Assembly (NCBI GenBank): GCA_035084275.1
Contig: CM068758.1
Location: 3,658,001 to 3,722,000 of the forward strand
DNA: 64,000 nt
Reading direction: 5' to 3'
Origin: Hydrolagus colliei
Lineage: Eukaryota
Of this stretch, positions 14,240-28,800 are shown piece after piece (the first letter of the stretch is position 1; the number at the start of each line of letters is the position of its first letter). The notes under the pieces were generated by a model. It was given only the letters and a program-made list of their open reading frames with translations. It was not told the origin of the DNA and searched no databases. The translations under genes were made by a program, and so were the position numbers.

Positions 14240-14460
14240 CTGTAATAGTCATACAGCTCTGTGCGGACAGCTAGATCTTCCAAAGATAGGTCACTGTTTT
14301 CCCAAAATGGAATTTCGGTCAGCTGTCTGACTAGCTCACTAAGCCGACCCTTTGACTTTCGTACTTTTTCCAGATAATCCGGCTTTTTGATGAATATTAT
14401 CTCCAATTGCTGGAGGTTCACATCGACTGTACGATTCAGATCTTGAGTGCTCTCCGACAC
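14240..14460 (-). CDS. TTYH3: TTYH3 exon 4
   Basis: VSESTQDLNRTVDVNLQQLE...IPFWENSDLSLEDLAVRTELYDYYR; TAG acceptor, GTATGC donor, 221 nt. Confidence 0.95.
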
Positions 14461-16587
14461 CTAACAGCAAGCAGAAAGCACTGTGTTAATGTCTTGTTCT
14501 CAAACTTTTGCATGTACAGTAGACTGTATGACAAAAAGGAGTCAGCACACAAAGCCACAAGAAGGGGTGGGGGGCAGGGGGGTAGGGGAGGGGGGAGAAA
14601 GCGGAATAATATATATTGACACAAAGCAAAAACTCTAATAATGACTTACAGGATTACAAATAAAAATTGGGTTTAATTAGATTTATTGCATTTTCCTCTG
14701 CAAATAGTATACATGGGCAGGACGCCAAATTTTGTTTACTTCTATTGTATTAAACTTGTTATTATTGCGCATTATTTCTTCCCCTCTCCCAAAAAGGCAA
14801 CGTTTCAGAGCAGTCAAAAGATATTTTAAAGGCGGTATAAAAATTGGTTCTAAACTACTTTGGAATCAGAACCATGACATCAGTGCTAGGAAGCGGATGC
14901 ACCCTGTGCGGAATTTCTTTGGCTACAATCATTGGAATGCACCCGCTTCACTATTTCACAGCCAAAGATTTAACTCCGGGGCTCTGTGGTGAAGTCTGTA
15001 GAAAGGCTTTTGTTTTTAAAAATACAAATTGTTAAGAGTAACACTGATCCTTTTCTTCCTTCAAGTCTGGCTGCTGGCTCATGCTTGCTTCTTGAAACCA
15101 AACAGTTTGTGAACATTTTAATGAGTTTTATTCCGAATAAAGATCTTGAGATGCGTTCATCTGCCCACTCATCACCGGAAAAACATGCTAGGGTGTTCCC
15201 TTCATGATAAACACTGACAAGATCAAATTTAAATTTACAGATTGCAATATTTCAGATTACAATTTAATTATCTTGCAAACGCATTTGAGGGTTGTTTTGA
15301 AGATTAAAGGATATATTGTAAGAGAACAACAACAATAAAATTACATTTGTACACCCGGGAGGACGTCCCAAGGCGCTGAACAGTCAGGGCAACATTCAAC
15401 CCATCCTGACTGTGTTATACTTATCACCCAACGGAGAATGAACTTCAATTTACTGCTCTTTTCCTTATGACCTTTTAGATAATTAATCTTCCCACCTTTT
15501 TAAAATTCCCTACCATATTGAACTAGCTCTGATTTCCATTTGCAGGAATGGGAATATAGCCTTGCAAAATTCACATGTTATGGAAAAATGTTTGGAGCAT
15601 GCATGCACATACAAATAATTTCCTAAAGTTGCAGTTGGAAAATGCTATTCTGTTGAATAGAAGCCTCACTAAAAAATACTTATACTGTGCAAGAGAATCT
15701 ACTCTAAAAAGAGTAGGGGAAAAAATGCTTAGTTATTAGAGCCGTCACAAACATGGTACAGTACAGAGGGCAATAAGGAAACCAACTTTTTAAAAGATGC
15801 AAACGTTCTCAAGACAGAAAAGATGCCACAAAACTGCTGAATGTTCATTTTAACTGCAGTCAAATACAAAAGAAATGGGTTGGCTGGTGGGAAGTCATTC
15901 ACAACATCTTATTCCATGCTAAGTAACACTCTGAACTACCCACAAGATACTTCAAAGGAGCAAAAATGAACTTATGCATGAATGAGAAATATCCAATGAC
16001 CCAGAAAACCCTCAATACTTTCTGCATTACTTCCATTTTTTCCTATCTTGGTACTTTTATTATCCACTAGTGCTCTATACTTTCTCTTTCTCCCTCTCAA
16101 CCACTCGAATAAAAGAGATTTCAGACAATTGTATAAAATCTATTTCAGACATTGGTATAAAAATCACATAGATTAACCACTGCTGCAAAACATTTTATAA
16201 CTGATTTATTGCCATTGCTGCACACAAAATAAGACCACAACATTTCTTCGGGTGAAGAAGGTTCTTTGGCCCATCTGGTCTCACGTTTTTAGAACCTCTC
16301 CTGTATCTAGAACATAACAGGTAGGTAGGTAACCATAATCCCAAACCTCTCTCATGTAATATCAGCTCACTTCACAAATCATTACAAGATTGCTGAATGT
16401 TAACTATTTAGGTTTCTATTAACACAGAAAAATATGAGCTCTTTAATTTCTATTAATCCAGCAGACAATATTTGACATTGTCTATTGAGTTGGTGGAAAC
16501 ATTTTTTTGGGGGGGGGGGTGGGTGTAAACTGAATTCTGGAAAGTCAAGTTTCCTGAAAAGGACAACTATTACAAATCTACACTCAC

Positions 16588-16699
16588 CAGGTACTCAACT
16601 CCTGCGATAGTGCGATTCGCATGTCGCATTGAATACGTTAGCCTGAAGATTCCATCACTGGTCTCACCATTCCCATAGAAACCAACAGCAATCCCCGCA
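16588..16699 (-). CDS. TTYH3: TTYH3 exon 3
   Basis: (S)AGIAVGFYGNGETSDGIFRLTYSMRHANRTIAGVEYL; TTTCAG acceptor, GTGAGT donor, 112 nt, in phase. Confidence 0.96.
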
Positions 16700-16857
16700 C
16701 TGAAAGAAAAAAAGAGATCCATTAGATTGAATCAATCTGTAACATCAGGTTTGATTTGAGAAGCAGAGACTGTTTGGAAGTTCCACAGTTTGGATCAGAT
16801 AAACCATGGAGAATGCCAACTCCACTCTGCTCTCTTAGTCAGACATGATATTGTGGA

Positions 16858-17148
16858 TCCTGTAGCTCAGTGGGTAGAGCACTTGCCTTGCACACCGAGA
16901 GACCCGAGTTCAATTCCAGGCAGGGCGAAACCTTGGGCAAGTTTCCTTACTCCACATACCTGATAATAATCCCTCAAATATAAAACAATAATAAATTCTT
17001 AATTTCAATCCACGACTGTTTGTGAGACTGCTCTGCGCAATCCGCTGCTGCGCTTCACCCACAAATATACAGTACATTCACTTTACAGTATATTCTGTGA
17101 AGTGCTTTGAGATGTCTAGAAGACATCAGATGCAAGGATGATTATTAT
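16858..17148 (+). mobile_element. tRNA-derived SINE (abundant family)
   Basis: CCTGTAGCTCAGTGGGTAGAGC (A box), GAGTTCAATTCC (B box), then the family tail and (ATT)n. Confidence 0.88.
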
Positions 17149-19869
17149 GCCACCTTGGAGACAGTCAGTCTCCAGCGAGACCTAGTTTACCTCCTTCCTC
17201 TATTGGCGGGCATCTTGACAAGTGCGAGATTTTCATTTCCATCACCATGCTTGATTATGTCTCTCTAGAGTGAGATTGTAAATTTATGCCAATTTGAGGG
17301 GGATGGGTACCTTGAGATTGTGTCACTGAGATCTTGTGACTTAGTATAAAATATTTTAAAATACTTTAACCCGTGTTAGAAACATTAAAGTCCAAATATT
17401 TCAAACTGGCTTCTGATCCACATCCTGAGACCTGCTTACCTGGTATCTGGCTATTTTACCTCTTTAAATGTGTCAAATCTATATATTATGGTGATATAAT
17501 GTCATAATGTCACCAGTGTCAGCTGACATTTTACGACCCCCCCCCCCACCCACCAACCCAATAACAAATTTTAAATCATGATTCTTTTCAATTAGATTCA
17601 AAATTTTGCTGCTTGCACCATTAAATTGCTTTCAGCAATATGTGCAAGTAAAGCAGCTGTGGCTGCCAGACACTCAATTCCACATGGACCAGACATAATG
17701 AGCTTCATTAGTGCCTGCTTGGGGTACAACTACACACAAAGGCTCAAATTTGGAAAGAGTAAGCACAAGCTCCTGCCAGTCTCAAAGGTTTGGAAATACC
17801 AGTTTCCAAAGTTTCCAAACACATGCCAAAACAGAAAACACAGCATGTTATTCAATAAATTGACCATACCAAATATTAATTTTGACTTCAAGGCTTTTCA
17901 TCTAGGGCTACATGACATGTGGCCTTCTAAAAGATTCATAATCTGAGAGCTAGGAGGAAAGCACAGGTCAAAACATATTTAACGTATACTGAACTCATTT
18001 CACTTTCTCTTAACTGCTGCACTTTGTGATAATATTCAGCATAAAGGAAAATGATAGAATTCTGTATGATTTGATTATACACTAGGATCAAAAAGATGAA
18101 CGATAAGACTCTTCTCATGCTGTATTTTGTTTTGAAAGTAATAACTGTTAAAATTGCTTGAATGAGGAGAGAAAAAAAAATCCCCAACAATCCTCCTCGC
18201 CACTTATATATTTGCAGGGTGAATTTTAATTGTCAGTCAATTGCAATTGTTAATCGCATACTGTAATCATTTCTTAATGCCTGCTAAATATTGCACCATC
18301 GATCAAACTATCCCTAGAGAACAGTCAAGTTTAGAGAGCTTTAACACAGCTGCGTCTGGATAAGTACAACATACTAAAGACCAGATCAAGAGAAAACATT
18401 CTTGGATTTACATCACACATGAACTTTAGATGAAGGTGGCGGGAGGCAACAAAGGGCAAACTGATACATTCCAAACCACAGGTGTCTATTTTCATTCCAT
18501 TTGTTTGATTGCCATACTTGGTGGAAAGCGAGGCACAATATTAATTCCATGACTCCAAGCACATCTGACACATACTTTTTTGTATATGGAGTTTAAATGT
18601 TCCTGGAGATTAATAAAAGGATTAGCAGCAGGACTGAACTCATTCTTCACACTCCCCCTTGGTGTAAAATTATTTTGGCTGGATCCAAAATAATAACTTG
18701 GCTGCAGAGAACACATGTGAAAATTGTTCCCAAACCACACTGATCTGCACATACTTCTAGCCACAGGGAGATATTGTGAGCTTGACTCTTAAAAAAATTC
18801 AGAGATGATTATATTTCACCCAATAACATACTGCTGTAGGATACCACATGAGCAGTTGTCAATGTTCTACCAAATGTCATTGTGTACAATCCATGAAATA
18901 TTTACAAGCTTAGCTTCAGCAAAACCACCGAGTGATTCCCAACTAATTCAGAGGAAGGTTTGCTCAGCAGACGCATGTTCACAATTAGAGTTGACAGACA
19001 CAAAGCTGCTCAAAAATATCAGGTTGCTTTGCTTGCAGGACTTCCAAATGTATTTTAACACTTGCTACCAAATACTTCCCAATTAAAGAGGTCCAAAGAA
19101 GAATGCTTCAGTGTTCAATTACAGTACTTTGACTTGTCAATATATTGCATTTCAGTATATAAATAAGTTCAACTAATGGCTTCAGCAGCAGAGTGATCCG
19201 TCAAACTACAGTAAAAAGTTAGACTGATTCTATAATTGCTCAATGCAGTAAGAGTCCTATTATGCCAGCCCAAATATACAGCACAACAGTGTAAGTGACC
19301 ATGTTTGTCAAAAAATATATGTATAGTTTATTTATAGTTTTCTTTTCCAGTGACAATGTTCCGTTTGTTTCAAGTATGGATATCAGCTCAGACTATCGTA
19401 TAATTCCAAAGCTGATTCATGTGGCCTCCTGTGTTGAAGTGTTGATTCAAAAATTTATCTTTTTCTTCCAAAAAGTTCCACATCACTTCACAAGAGGATG
19501 GATAGCTAACATTCACCAATTTGCAGCCAGTATAAATGTACTCCTCATAAGTACAAGGTGGCTGTCTGAGAGTTTTCAATCCCAGATCCCTCCCTCCCTC
19601 CCTCCACCCCCACACATCAGAAATTATGTGGATTTAATTGCTTCCCCTCAATAAATGTGGCCAAAATTAGGAACTTGTTCAGAAAAATAACAGCATCAAA
19701 ATAGATTTGTACCACACTTGGTGAAGGATTTAAGAACAAATGCACCATGCAGTCATATGACCTCAAATAAAAGACATTCATTGTTGATCAGACCCAGAAT
19801 AATCTTCAAATCCTTAGCACATCTTCTCACAAAGAAACAATGATTCTGTACAGAATTAATGAACCTCAC

Positions 19870-20036
19870 CTGCAAACAAGTGTTGCGATGATGACACACC
19901 ATGCTGTACAACAACAGTCTGCATTTGGCTGATCTTCACTCTTTCGTCGGCAGCACAGCCAGAAGGAATAGAATAGGAGGAAGAGGAGGTTGAGTGCAAG
20001 GCAAGCCAGAGCAACGCCACCGATCAGCAAGAGTGA
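19870..20036 (-). CDS. TTYH3: TTYH3 exon 2 (TM1, Cys cluster, start of TM2)
   Basis: SLLLIGGVALACLALNLLFLLFYSFWLCCRRKSEDQPNADCCCTAWCVIIATLVC; the LFYSFWLCCRR and DCCCTAWCVIIATLVC motifs are TTYH3-type. CAG acceptor, GTGAG donor, 167 nt. Confidence 0.96.
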
Positions 20037-21139
20037 CTGGGGGGGAAAAGGAAGAAAAAACATTATCACCCACAACATTTAATTTGGAATACTTCACTTA
20101 TCCTTTTTAGCAATATCTTGATAGGAATAACATTTACAATGTATAACAAAAATACTAGCCATGAAAATACTCAGTGACTTGCTTGAATCTATCAGAATCA
20201 ATGATAGATTAGAAGTGCGATAGATTCTGCATTAAGTAAAGTGTTTGGGGCTAGAAAATTGCCTAATTACTGTAGTATGATTAGCTTGTTCTTGATCATT
20301 TTAAGAATCAACCATGATTAAATTGAATAGCAGCAGAAGAACTTAGAAGTGAATGCTGCAGTCGAGACCAAGTCAGCAAAGAAATCTGGTCACCTGCAGC
20401 TAGGAAACTTAGCGTAAATGAAGGATGTTATTTCTCCTCCACTTCTTAACCGACAGTAAGAAAAGGTTTAAGTGGGTAAGCAGACTGTTTCCTGAAGGAG
20501 CAGTGCAAAAAAAAGGCATATGGTAACTCAACCCGAGAACCAAAGGTAAGTGAAAATAGCAAGATGTGCAAAAAACTCAGGCAGCTTCAGTGAATATGCA
20601 CTTTTAAGATGTTAATCCATTTTGGTGATACTGCATTTATGTGACATTAACTCAGAAAGTGCACAATATATAAGGTGGTCCCTTTTCTTCTCCAAGATCT
20701 ATAAGACAAGCAATTTTCAACAGTACCTGGTCAATATGACTGTTGCAGTGAAGCCATCTTTTCTGTCCAATATAAAAAAACTGTGGTTTCAACCAACTGT
20801 ACTGTCCAGAATATGAAAGTGCCCTTTCCCCCACATTTAGATCATTATCCAGGAGTATTATATTTAAAAAATTGCCAGCATACAAGATTCTTGTGAATAA
20901 AATATTTATGAGGTGGGACTTATATCTGACATCAACTAAATAGGGGTAACTTTAAGATGTTCAATCTGTACACAGAACTTTCTCTGTAGCTACATACAGT
21001 TTTTTACCGCAGGTTGTTCCTTAATTAGTTCAGTAAACATTCAGTAGTAGTGCAAACAAGTCGTCCTCAACTCAGGCTGCTTCAGTGAATGTCAGCCTAA
21101 TGTTGTGGTGACTGACAAGAATGCCTAGGTTTACGTGCA

Positions 21140-21340
21140 ATAACAACAACTTGCATTTATGTAGCGCTCATTATACCAGACAGAGTCTCAGAGCGCTTCA
21201 CAATAGCGGAGCCCGGGCCCAAGCCTTGGGGGAGGGGGAAGGTGACCATAGGCGCGGTCGAATAGAAAGGTCTTCAAGCGCGACCCGAAGATAGATGGAA
21301 AAGGAGATGAGTCAAAGGGTTTGAGGGAGTTCCAGAGTGA
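21140..21340 (-). mobile_element. L2-like LINE 3' end
   Basis: (AAC)n, TTGCATTTATGTAGCGC and AGAGCGCTTCACAA, similar to the 3' end at 29790. Related tails at ~15330, 23655, 36645, 45820-45970, 47055, 48410-48670 and 62575. Confidence 0.65.
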
Positions 21341-22599
21341 ACAAATGTTAAAGACTGCGTCATCACTTCAATATATAGGGCAAGACTTGTGGTCACACTG
21401 TAGACTCTAAAGACAGACTGTTCCTGGCACAGCTGTGACCACCTTCATGCTGCCAGGTGGTCACATTGACTCACTACAGCTGCCATACTGCAAACTTCTG
21501 CAGCTTCGCTAAAATATTCTCAGCATCTTTGGTGCAATTAAAGTCATTATATTACTAAATTATAGATGCAATTAACTCTTTGTTGACATGGATCTCAAAG
21601 CACTTGACAGAAGTTACTGCTAAAGTGCAGTGACTTTTTCTGGCCTAATGTAGCAGTCATTTTTGAGAACTGTAACATTCCACAAGAACAACCAATTAAT
21701 TTGGAGGATTATTAGCCAGAACATGTGAGCCACGCTGCCCTTTTTGAATTGTCATTAAGAGTAGGTCAAAAAGCCTTGGAAAATACATAAAATATCAAGA
21801 GTGACACTGAAAGAAGATGAAGGAAATAAACAATTTCTCGGAAAAGACACTCCTTTCAAATAATGTCAAAGAATCTTTAATATGCACCTGACTAGGCCGT
21901 CAAAACTTTGTTAAGTCTCATACGAAGGCCAGCATCTCAAGACAATGCAACCCTTCCCAGTATAGCTTCTAGAGTGTCAGCATAGACTGAGCTTAAAGCC
22001 CAAACCTGAGGCTTGAACCCACAACCTTCTACCGAAGTGCAACTAACAGCCAGGCTGTGACTTTAAGACTCTTCAAAAAAGGGCTGATTCCAAATTCTAA
22101 TTCTAAACATTAAAATTAGAAATTAGTTCAGTGGATAAAACAATCGCAGGAAACACTGGAACTTGGTCTCACCAAATAGAAACACAGCCTTGAAGTAGAA
22201 ATAAACCATTGTGTTACTGGTTACTACTAATATGCTTCCAGGAAAGGAAATGAAGAAGCATGATCACCTATGTAAATGCACCATTTGTGCAATATCATCT
22301 GTCAAATGTGAACAAAAACCTTGAATTATGTAAAAGACCCAACACAAATACAGCTTTCCTGCCAAATTCCATTGAGCTTAACACAGCAGTAAAATAAACA
22401 AACATTTATTAGATTATTAATAATATTATGTTCAACGCAAGGACCACTTGGCAGTAATAAAATTCATATCATGGGAGTTTCTGCAGTCCTTCAGTAGTTA
22501 CTGTTGGTTGTTCACAGATCCATTGTGAAACTTGGTGTTATTGTTATTGTCACAGTGGAGACATCTGAAAAGTAGCAAATTCACTTTCCTCGCGTTGCT

Positions 22600-22850
22600 C
22601 ACCTCCATACCCATAACAGAAACCCTCAAACAGGGCTATAATCACCTCCAGACTTCCTCCTCTAATGCTCTGCTTTCCAGTCTAACCATTCACATGCTCT
22701 GGAGATGTCCCAGAACTCATAGACCAAATACTTTGCTATACAAAGCTTTAACAAGTCCATCACTCCCATCCTCACGAGACTCTACTGGCTCCCTATGCAC
22801 TAACTCCAATGTTCTCATTCTGATGTTCAAATATTTCCACGTGCACCCGT
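22600..22850 (+). mobile_element. Degenerate L2 LINE ORF2 fragment
   Basis: Frameshifted remnants of the SNALL...ITP.L..LHWLP...ILMFK motifs. Confidence 0.55.
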
Positions 22851-25800
22851 CCCTCTGATATCATGGCTTAATATATTTGCCAGCTTGACAATTTTACTAG
22901 ATTATACATATGAAATCCTGTATACATACACTATTTATGCTGTGGCAGAATATGAATGTTAATTGTACCTCTACATTTGACCAAAAGACACATTGATTTT
23001 GAAAGCTAGAAGGAAAATTTTACAACCTCTCCCGCCAGATGATGACTATATACTGGAGAGGTTTTTGGCTTGATTTCTCAGACTCAATTAAAAAAATGCC
23101 TTGTGTTTGATATTCTATACTGTAGTTTAAATAGGAAATCCCAGTCACTTGGGATTACTCAATTGTGTGCGCACTCAAATAACAGAAACAGATGTCATGT
23201 CTGCCCAATTCTATCTGTAGAAGTGGCCTGGACCAAAATATTATTTCTGCAGCTTGCTACAGTACTAATCCTTTTTCCATCACTAGGATGCTGCATGGCT
23301 TTAATAGTGTACCATCATATTGTTGGAAGAGATTTGAAATTGCTTCCAGCAGTGAATGATTAAGATTAAGAAATTGCATTTAGATTTACTGCTCTAGAAT
23401 TACATATTATTTGCATTTATACTCTAGTACACAAACTGCTTTTTAATTTCATGCTTGCTAACACAAACTATTTGATTCAACAGGATTTTTGTCTGATCAT
23501 ATGTCATCAGAAGAATCATTCTATCTGTCTTTAAAAATCACTCCAGCATGAACAATCATTCCAGAGCCACAGATAATAGCAATGCTGCCCTGATGCACCA
23601 ACCACAAGAATCTTTTCAGCACAGTGGAGACATCTGAAAAGTAGCAAATTCACTACAAACAACAAAATTACATTTATAGAGCGCATTTCACGTCAGGAGG
23701 ATGTCCCAAGGCGCTGAGTACTAAATGAAAACCCGAGAACCAATGGCAAGTGAGAACAGCAAGATGTGCAAATTCTCATAGGTACTAGTTACATAATTAT
23801 CTGTGCCTCAATAGGTATAGGGTAATAAATATACATTTAAGTAACAATTCAGGGTCCTTGAAACCGTTTGAGTATTTTTAGGACTATGGAAGAACTTTTC
23901 AAGACAGTCATGTGTGATTACTGGTAAGCCACATGAGCTGAGCCTTGATAACAACTGATGCAGAACCATCAACCATATCTGTCTTTAAAAATCACCTTCC
24001 AGCAAGACATGAGCAATAATTCCCAAGTTTTCAGAAAAAGTTACAGTAACTGTCCAAACCCATGGCAGATGAAAGACTCAAGGATAATGACATGCATCCC
24101 TTCGAATTAGAATTTTTTTAAGCTTCTGGTACAGAAGTTTGCTTCTGGCAGAAAACATCCATACAAGATCATTTTAAAATCACCTGGGTCAAGAAACAAG
24201 TAACCTTACGGCTGATGTACATTGATGACTGTCACAGGGTTAAGGTCATTTGAACTGTAACAGAATTAGAAATAATCAAAGGATCATTGCTGAGAGTTGA
24301 CTTTATTTAACTGAATCTGTGCTTTGCTTCAGCTACTAATTGAGAGTCGCTCGACTATTTTAGTGAGCCTCTTATATAGAAAACTCAGTTCTATAAATTG
24401 TTCTTTATCTGTATGTTGGTGGAATAGTTCCTGTTAACAAGATGGGGGCGTATAAACAGAGCTCTGAGAAATGCAACACCTCACAGGAGGCTTGGATAAT
24501 GGAAAACAGATGACTGGATAAAACATGGGATATTGTTTTTCTTGTAAGTGTACTTTTCACATGTTGATCCAAAGCATGCAAAATGGAAAGCAAATGGTAG
24601 ACTATTTTAGTTTCACAATCCATCAATAATCTATCACCATCAAATGAAGTAGAAGTTATGACTTGATTTCATTCCTTTCACCCCCACTCCCCTTCCCCCA
24701 CCCAATCCCAGACCCTGACTTTGATGTACAGTCTGGGTTATAATCCTGCATCAAAACAGAACAAAGTAGTTATTCTTTATAAACCCAGACTGATGTGTGA
24801 TACAGTCTATGAACAATGGGACCTCTGTATATTTAGAAGCAAAGCAACTGTAGCTTGGTAGCTACATTAGGAGCATTGGCTCTCAAAGACAGTCAGAGAC
24901 CAGAGGTCAAATCCCAGCTTTAAATCCACATTTGTAAATGATCTCCATCAGGTTGCCAGGGAGAACGAAGGAAAAAATAGCAGTGGGGTTTCTTTCTGCA
25001 CCAGTCAAGTATGTTCCTAGTGGATTGGCCAAGCAGTGACATTGGTGAACAATATGACAACCAGACAACTGTGCAATGAATTTTAAAAGCTTGTAAAGAT
25101 GCAGAGAAACCAAGAAATGTTTTTTCAAACCTACAATTAATTGGAGTTTCATGTTTCAATTGAACATAAGAACTAAATATATATTCCTGACCTTTGTGAT
25201 CACAAATGTTAAACATTGTGATTCTCTAAACAAACACATATGTCTTCTATGAATGAAGGGAATTGAACTGGCCCAAGGATTATCATTACAAATAATGATA
25301 GCATTGTCAATCAAGACTATTGAAACTCATAACAAGAGTAGACACTGCTTGAAGGAGTTTGGGATCCATCACAGAGAATATGTTCATTCGCATTCCACCC
25401 TTGCTTCAAACTCAGAATGACCCAGAAGTGGAAAGGTCAGTTCACTAAAACAGAACAGTCTCAGACTTTTAACAACAGGATCCCACTACCTCTGTGGAAC
25501 TTTTATAAAATATATATTAAATCCTAACCTCCATATTCAGTATGGTTATTAGTTATCTTGTCATTGCCATTTCTAAACATCATCACCATCAAATCTAGCA
25601 TCAAGATCCTCAAATCAAATCTAGCATCAAGATTATTATAAGATCCTCAAGATATGATCATTAAATCAGCAATTTATAGTACAGTATACAAGAGTTTTTC
25701 CAAAAGCCAGAATTATTTGACAAACCATATCAAAGAGAATGTAATGCAGCCAAGGAACTTTACAGGAACTAACTGAAGAGTTGATGTTAAGCTGCTTTCA

Positions 25801-28800
25801 TTAATGGCACCCACACACAAAAAAGATGGGGGGAAGTTTTATATAATAATTAACAGAGTTTCACAGACTATGTTGGAAAGCTCAAAGTACAATACTACCT
25901 ACTAGTTACCCAACAAGCTTGCCTGCATAACCATGAAAGTAAGTTTTCAGTATCAAAGCATCCTCTCAAAAATATGAATCAGATCATCACTATTCCTATA
26001 TTCCACCCCTAGGCAAATTTGCCTGAAAAAAAGATAGCGTAAATTAAATAAATGAATAGCATAAATTACCAGTTAGAAAGCACTGTTAAAAAGCATTCAG
26101 GTAACATGTGGAAGCTGTTCATTATCTGAGTTGTTTATTGATTACTGCTTTGTAAAATCAATCCTGCCTTTAGGCATGATTATTCTTAGTAAATCCAGAT
26201 ATTTGGGTCATAATATCTACCTGTCTAACAGGTTTAGGAACAATTTCTAAAGAAAGCATAAACTTTCTCAACTAGCTTTTAAGGTATAATAGCTCCACGT
26301 TTGTAAAGAAAAAGTAAAAAGTGGGAATTTTATATTTTTGGCTTACAAAAGCTTTCATCAGTTTCATCAACTCTCCCCCATACTCAAATATTATGCATTT
26401 CTTGGAACTTATTCCATCCTAATAAGGTATTTATGCTCTGCCTTGGTTCGATAATGTCAGCTGGGCACAATTTGAATTTTGATTGGGAATATTTAACGAA
26501 GTAAGTTTATAAAGGTCCATCAATTACCTGCATTTCTATTCATAAGGCCTAGGTTCGCACATTGTACACACTGGTTCTTTGTATGTTCTATTTGATTGTA
26601 GCTGGTCAGAATCTGAGTCAGCAGATAGTTCAAGAGGGAAGCTGGAGTGGAAATGTATATGATCGGGCTATAAAGATTTGGGTTCAGTTTGTTATCAGTT
26701 TGCACCACATCTAAACCAAACACTTATGTTCCTGTTTTCACCAGAAAAAAAATGTGGTCAATTTCTACATCATGCTGAACATCAATTTAAGTACTAGATC
26801 CTTTTCCCTTGCTGCTCACTTATATATGCATCATGCCATTTAAGAATATACAAACAAGCTCCACCATAAACCACTATGCAATTATCAAACATTGCTATAA
26901 AAAATCTATACAGCAGTACTATACTAGACTATGTGCAACTATAGATGCATCAAGTTTTGTGAACTTCAGAATAGTCAAGTTAGCAAATTGTCACTTTGAC
27001 TCGTGTTATTTTCATGTTTATTTTTTTTAAAAAGTATTTTGCCCTACATTGTTAGTTTGTAAGTCATAAATAATCATGCTTATTTATATAATTGCATAAA
27101 CAGTATTATATACATGGTGCTACTCAAAGTGCTGAAGGCACAACACCATCTCACAGGCACGTAAGCTGGCATGGTTCGAGGAAAGGATCTACAAACAGAT
27201 GGTGTGCTTATGGAAATGGCTTTTAGCTGCTCTACATTACTGCTCCAATTCCCAAACTGCCTGCAGAACAATATACAGTCTTTAAAAACGAAACCAGGGC
27301 GTGTCACGTCTTCTCAATCATTTTCATCAACAGATACAATTAGGGTGGAGGCCAGTCAAAAAAAATACAGCAAAGATCTTAGATTCAAAATACAGTTTAT
27401 GTTCATCTCAAACTTGACTACAAACTCAGCTTTAGTCTAACAAACATCCAGCTTGTTTATCCCCCAATGCAGGCGAGTCAGAGTAAATGTTTGATAGCAA
27501 AACTGTACTTTGTTTTAAAAAATGCATGCAGCATACACAAACAAAAGTGCATCATCTGTTACTAATCAGTGTACCTTTCTCTGAACCCCCTGCCACAGAG
27601 AGGAATGCAATGAAACAGACAAGAACCAAACAAACTGAGAGCTTTCCATGAACAAATCATTCAAGCAGGGTACTGGAATCCCCTTCTCCTTCCTGAGGTT
27701 ACTTTTCCCTAACCTGGTTTTATTAAAAGTTCTTCTCCCTGTACATTCTACTGAATGTAATTCAGCATCCTTTTACAATACGACACCATCTTACAGATCC
27801 TAGACTAATTATAGTTAAATATCTGCTACAAAAGCAGCGCAATGAATACTCAGATCCCACAATACTCAATAAGGTCAACTTTTCAAAACATAGCCATTGC
27901 CTGGATAACCGAATGCTAGATTTAATTTAAACACTATTCAGATGAATAATTGAGGAGTTCAAAATGCATCGATTTGATTCATAAAAAAGCGAGTTGCTCC
28001 ACTCCTCCAGCCAGGAAGATCCCTTAAGATCACAGTTAGGAACTGTGAGGTATTCAATATGCTGTGATCCCTTGGCCAACATCAACAAAACACTTTAGTT
28101 TCACTTAATCAATATAATGGATTTATTACAGTCATTACAGAGGGACCTTCAATTAATCTTTTTTCGGATAATGAAAGACACAGTGTAGGGTAAAAACAAC
28201 AGCAAATTACACTTGCATAGCACCCTTCTGGTCAGCTAAAGACAAAATAAAACTACATAAAACACTGGGCACTATATGGACACTATTAGAAATTAGAAAT
28301 CATGCACAATATAGTTGATGGATCTCAGGAAATTATATATTTAAAATCAACAACAACAAAATGCATTTGTACAGCACCTTTCACATGAGAACAGTGGTTA
28401 TTCTTAATCACTATAACAAATGCTTCTTGATCTTACAAACCAACAAGATTTTACTAAACGGGGCTGCATAACACTAGACAAATTATGCTGATTTTACCAG
28501 TAAGGAGGGAGCCCACTTCAAGATTTGGCCATAATCCATTTTCTATTAGCATGCAATCCTCGGAAATACTTAATCCTACTAGTGTAGGATTTTAAATCGG
28601 ATTACTTGGGAGGCTTTAACCCATAAACATTTAAATACTTCTCAGCTGGAAAACAGGGTATCCCTCATACTACAGGGTTAACTTGAGATTTTTAAATAAA
28701 TTTTTTACATTGTTACACAATACAACAAAATCAAATCTTAAGTTGCAATAACAACATAGCTTCTACAGATATTTACTTTAAATGTTACAGTGAGCCTCTG

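Noticed and set aside
16858-16930. tRNA-like sequences with A and B boxes (here and in many other copies)
   Set aside because: Each continues into the SINE body and tail and lacks a proper cloverleaf. These are SINE heads, not tRNA genes.
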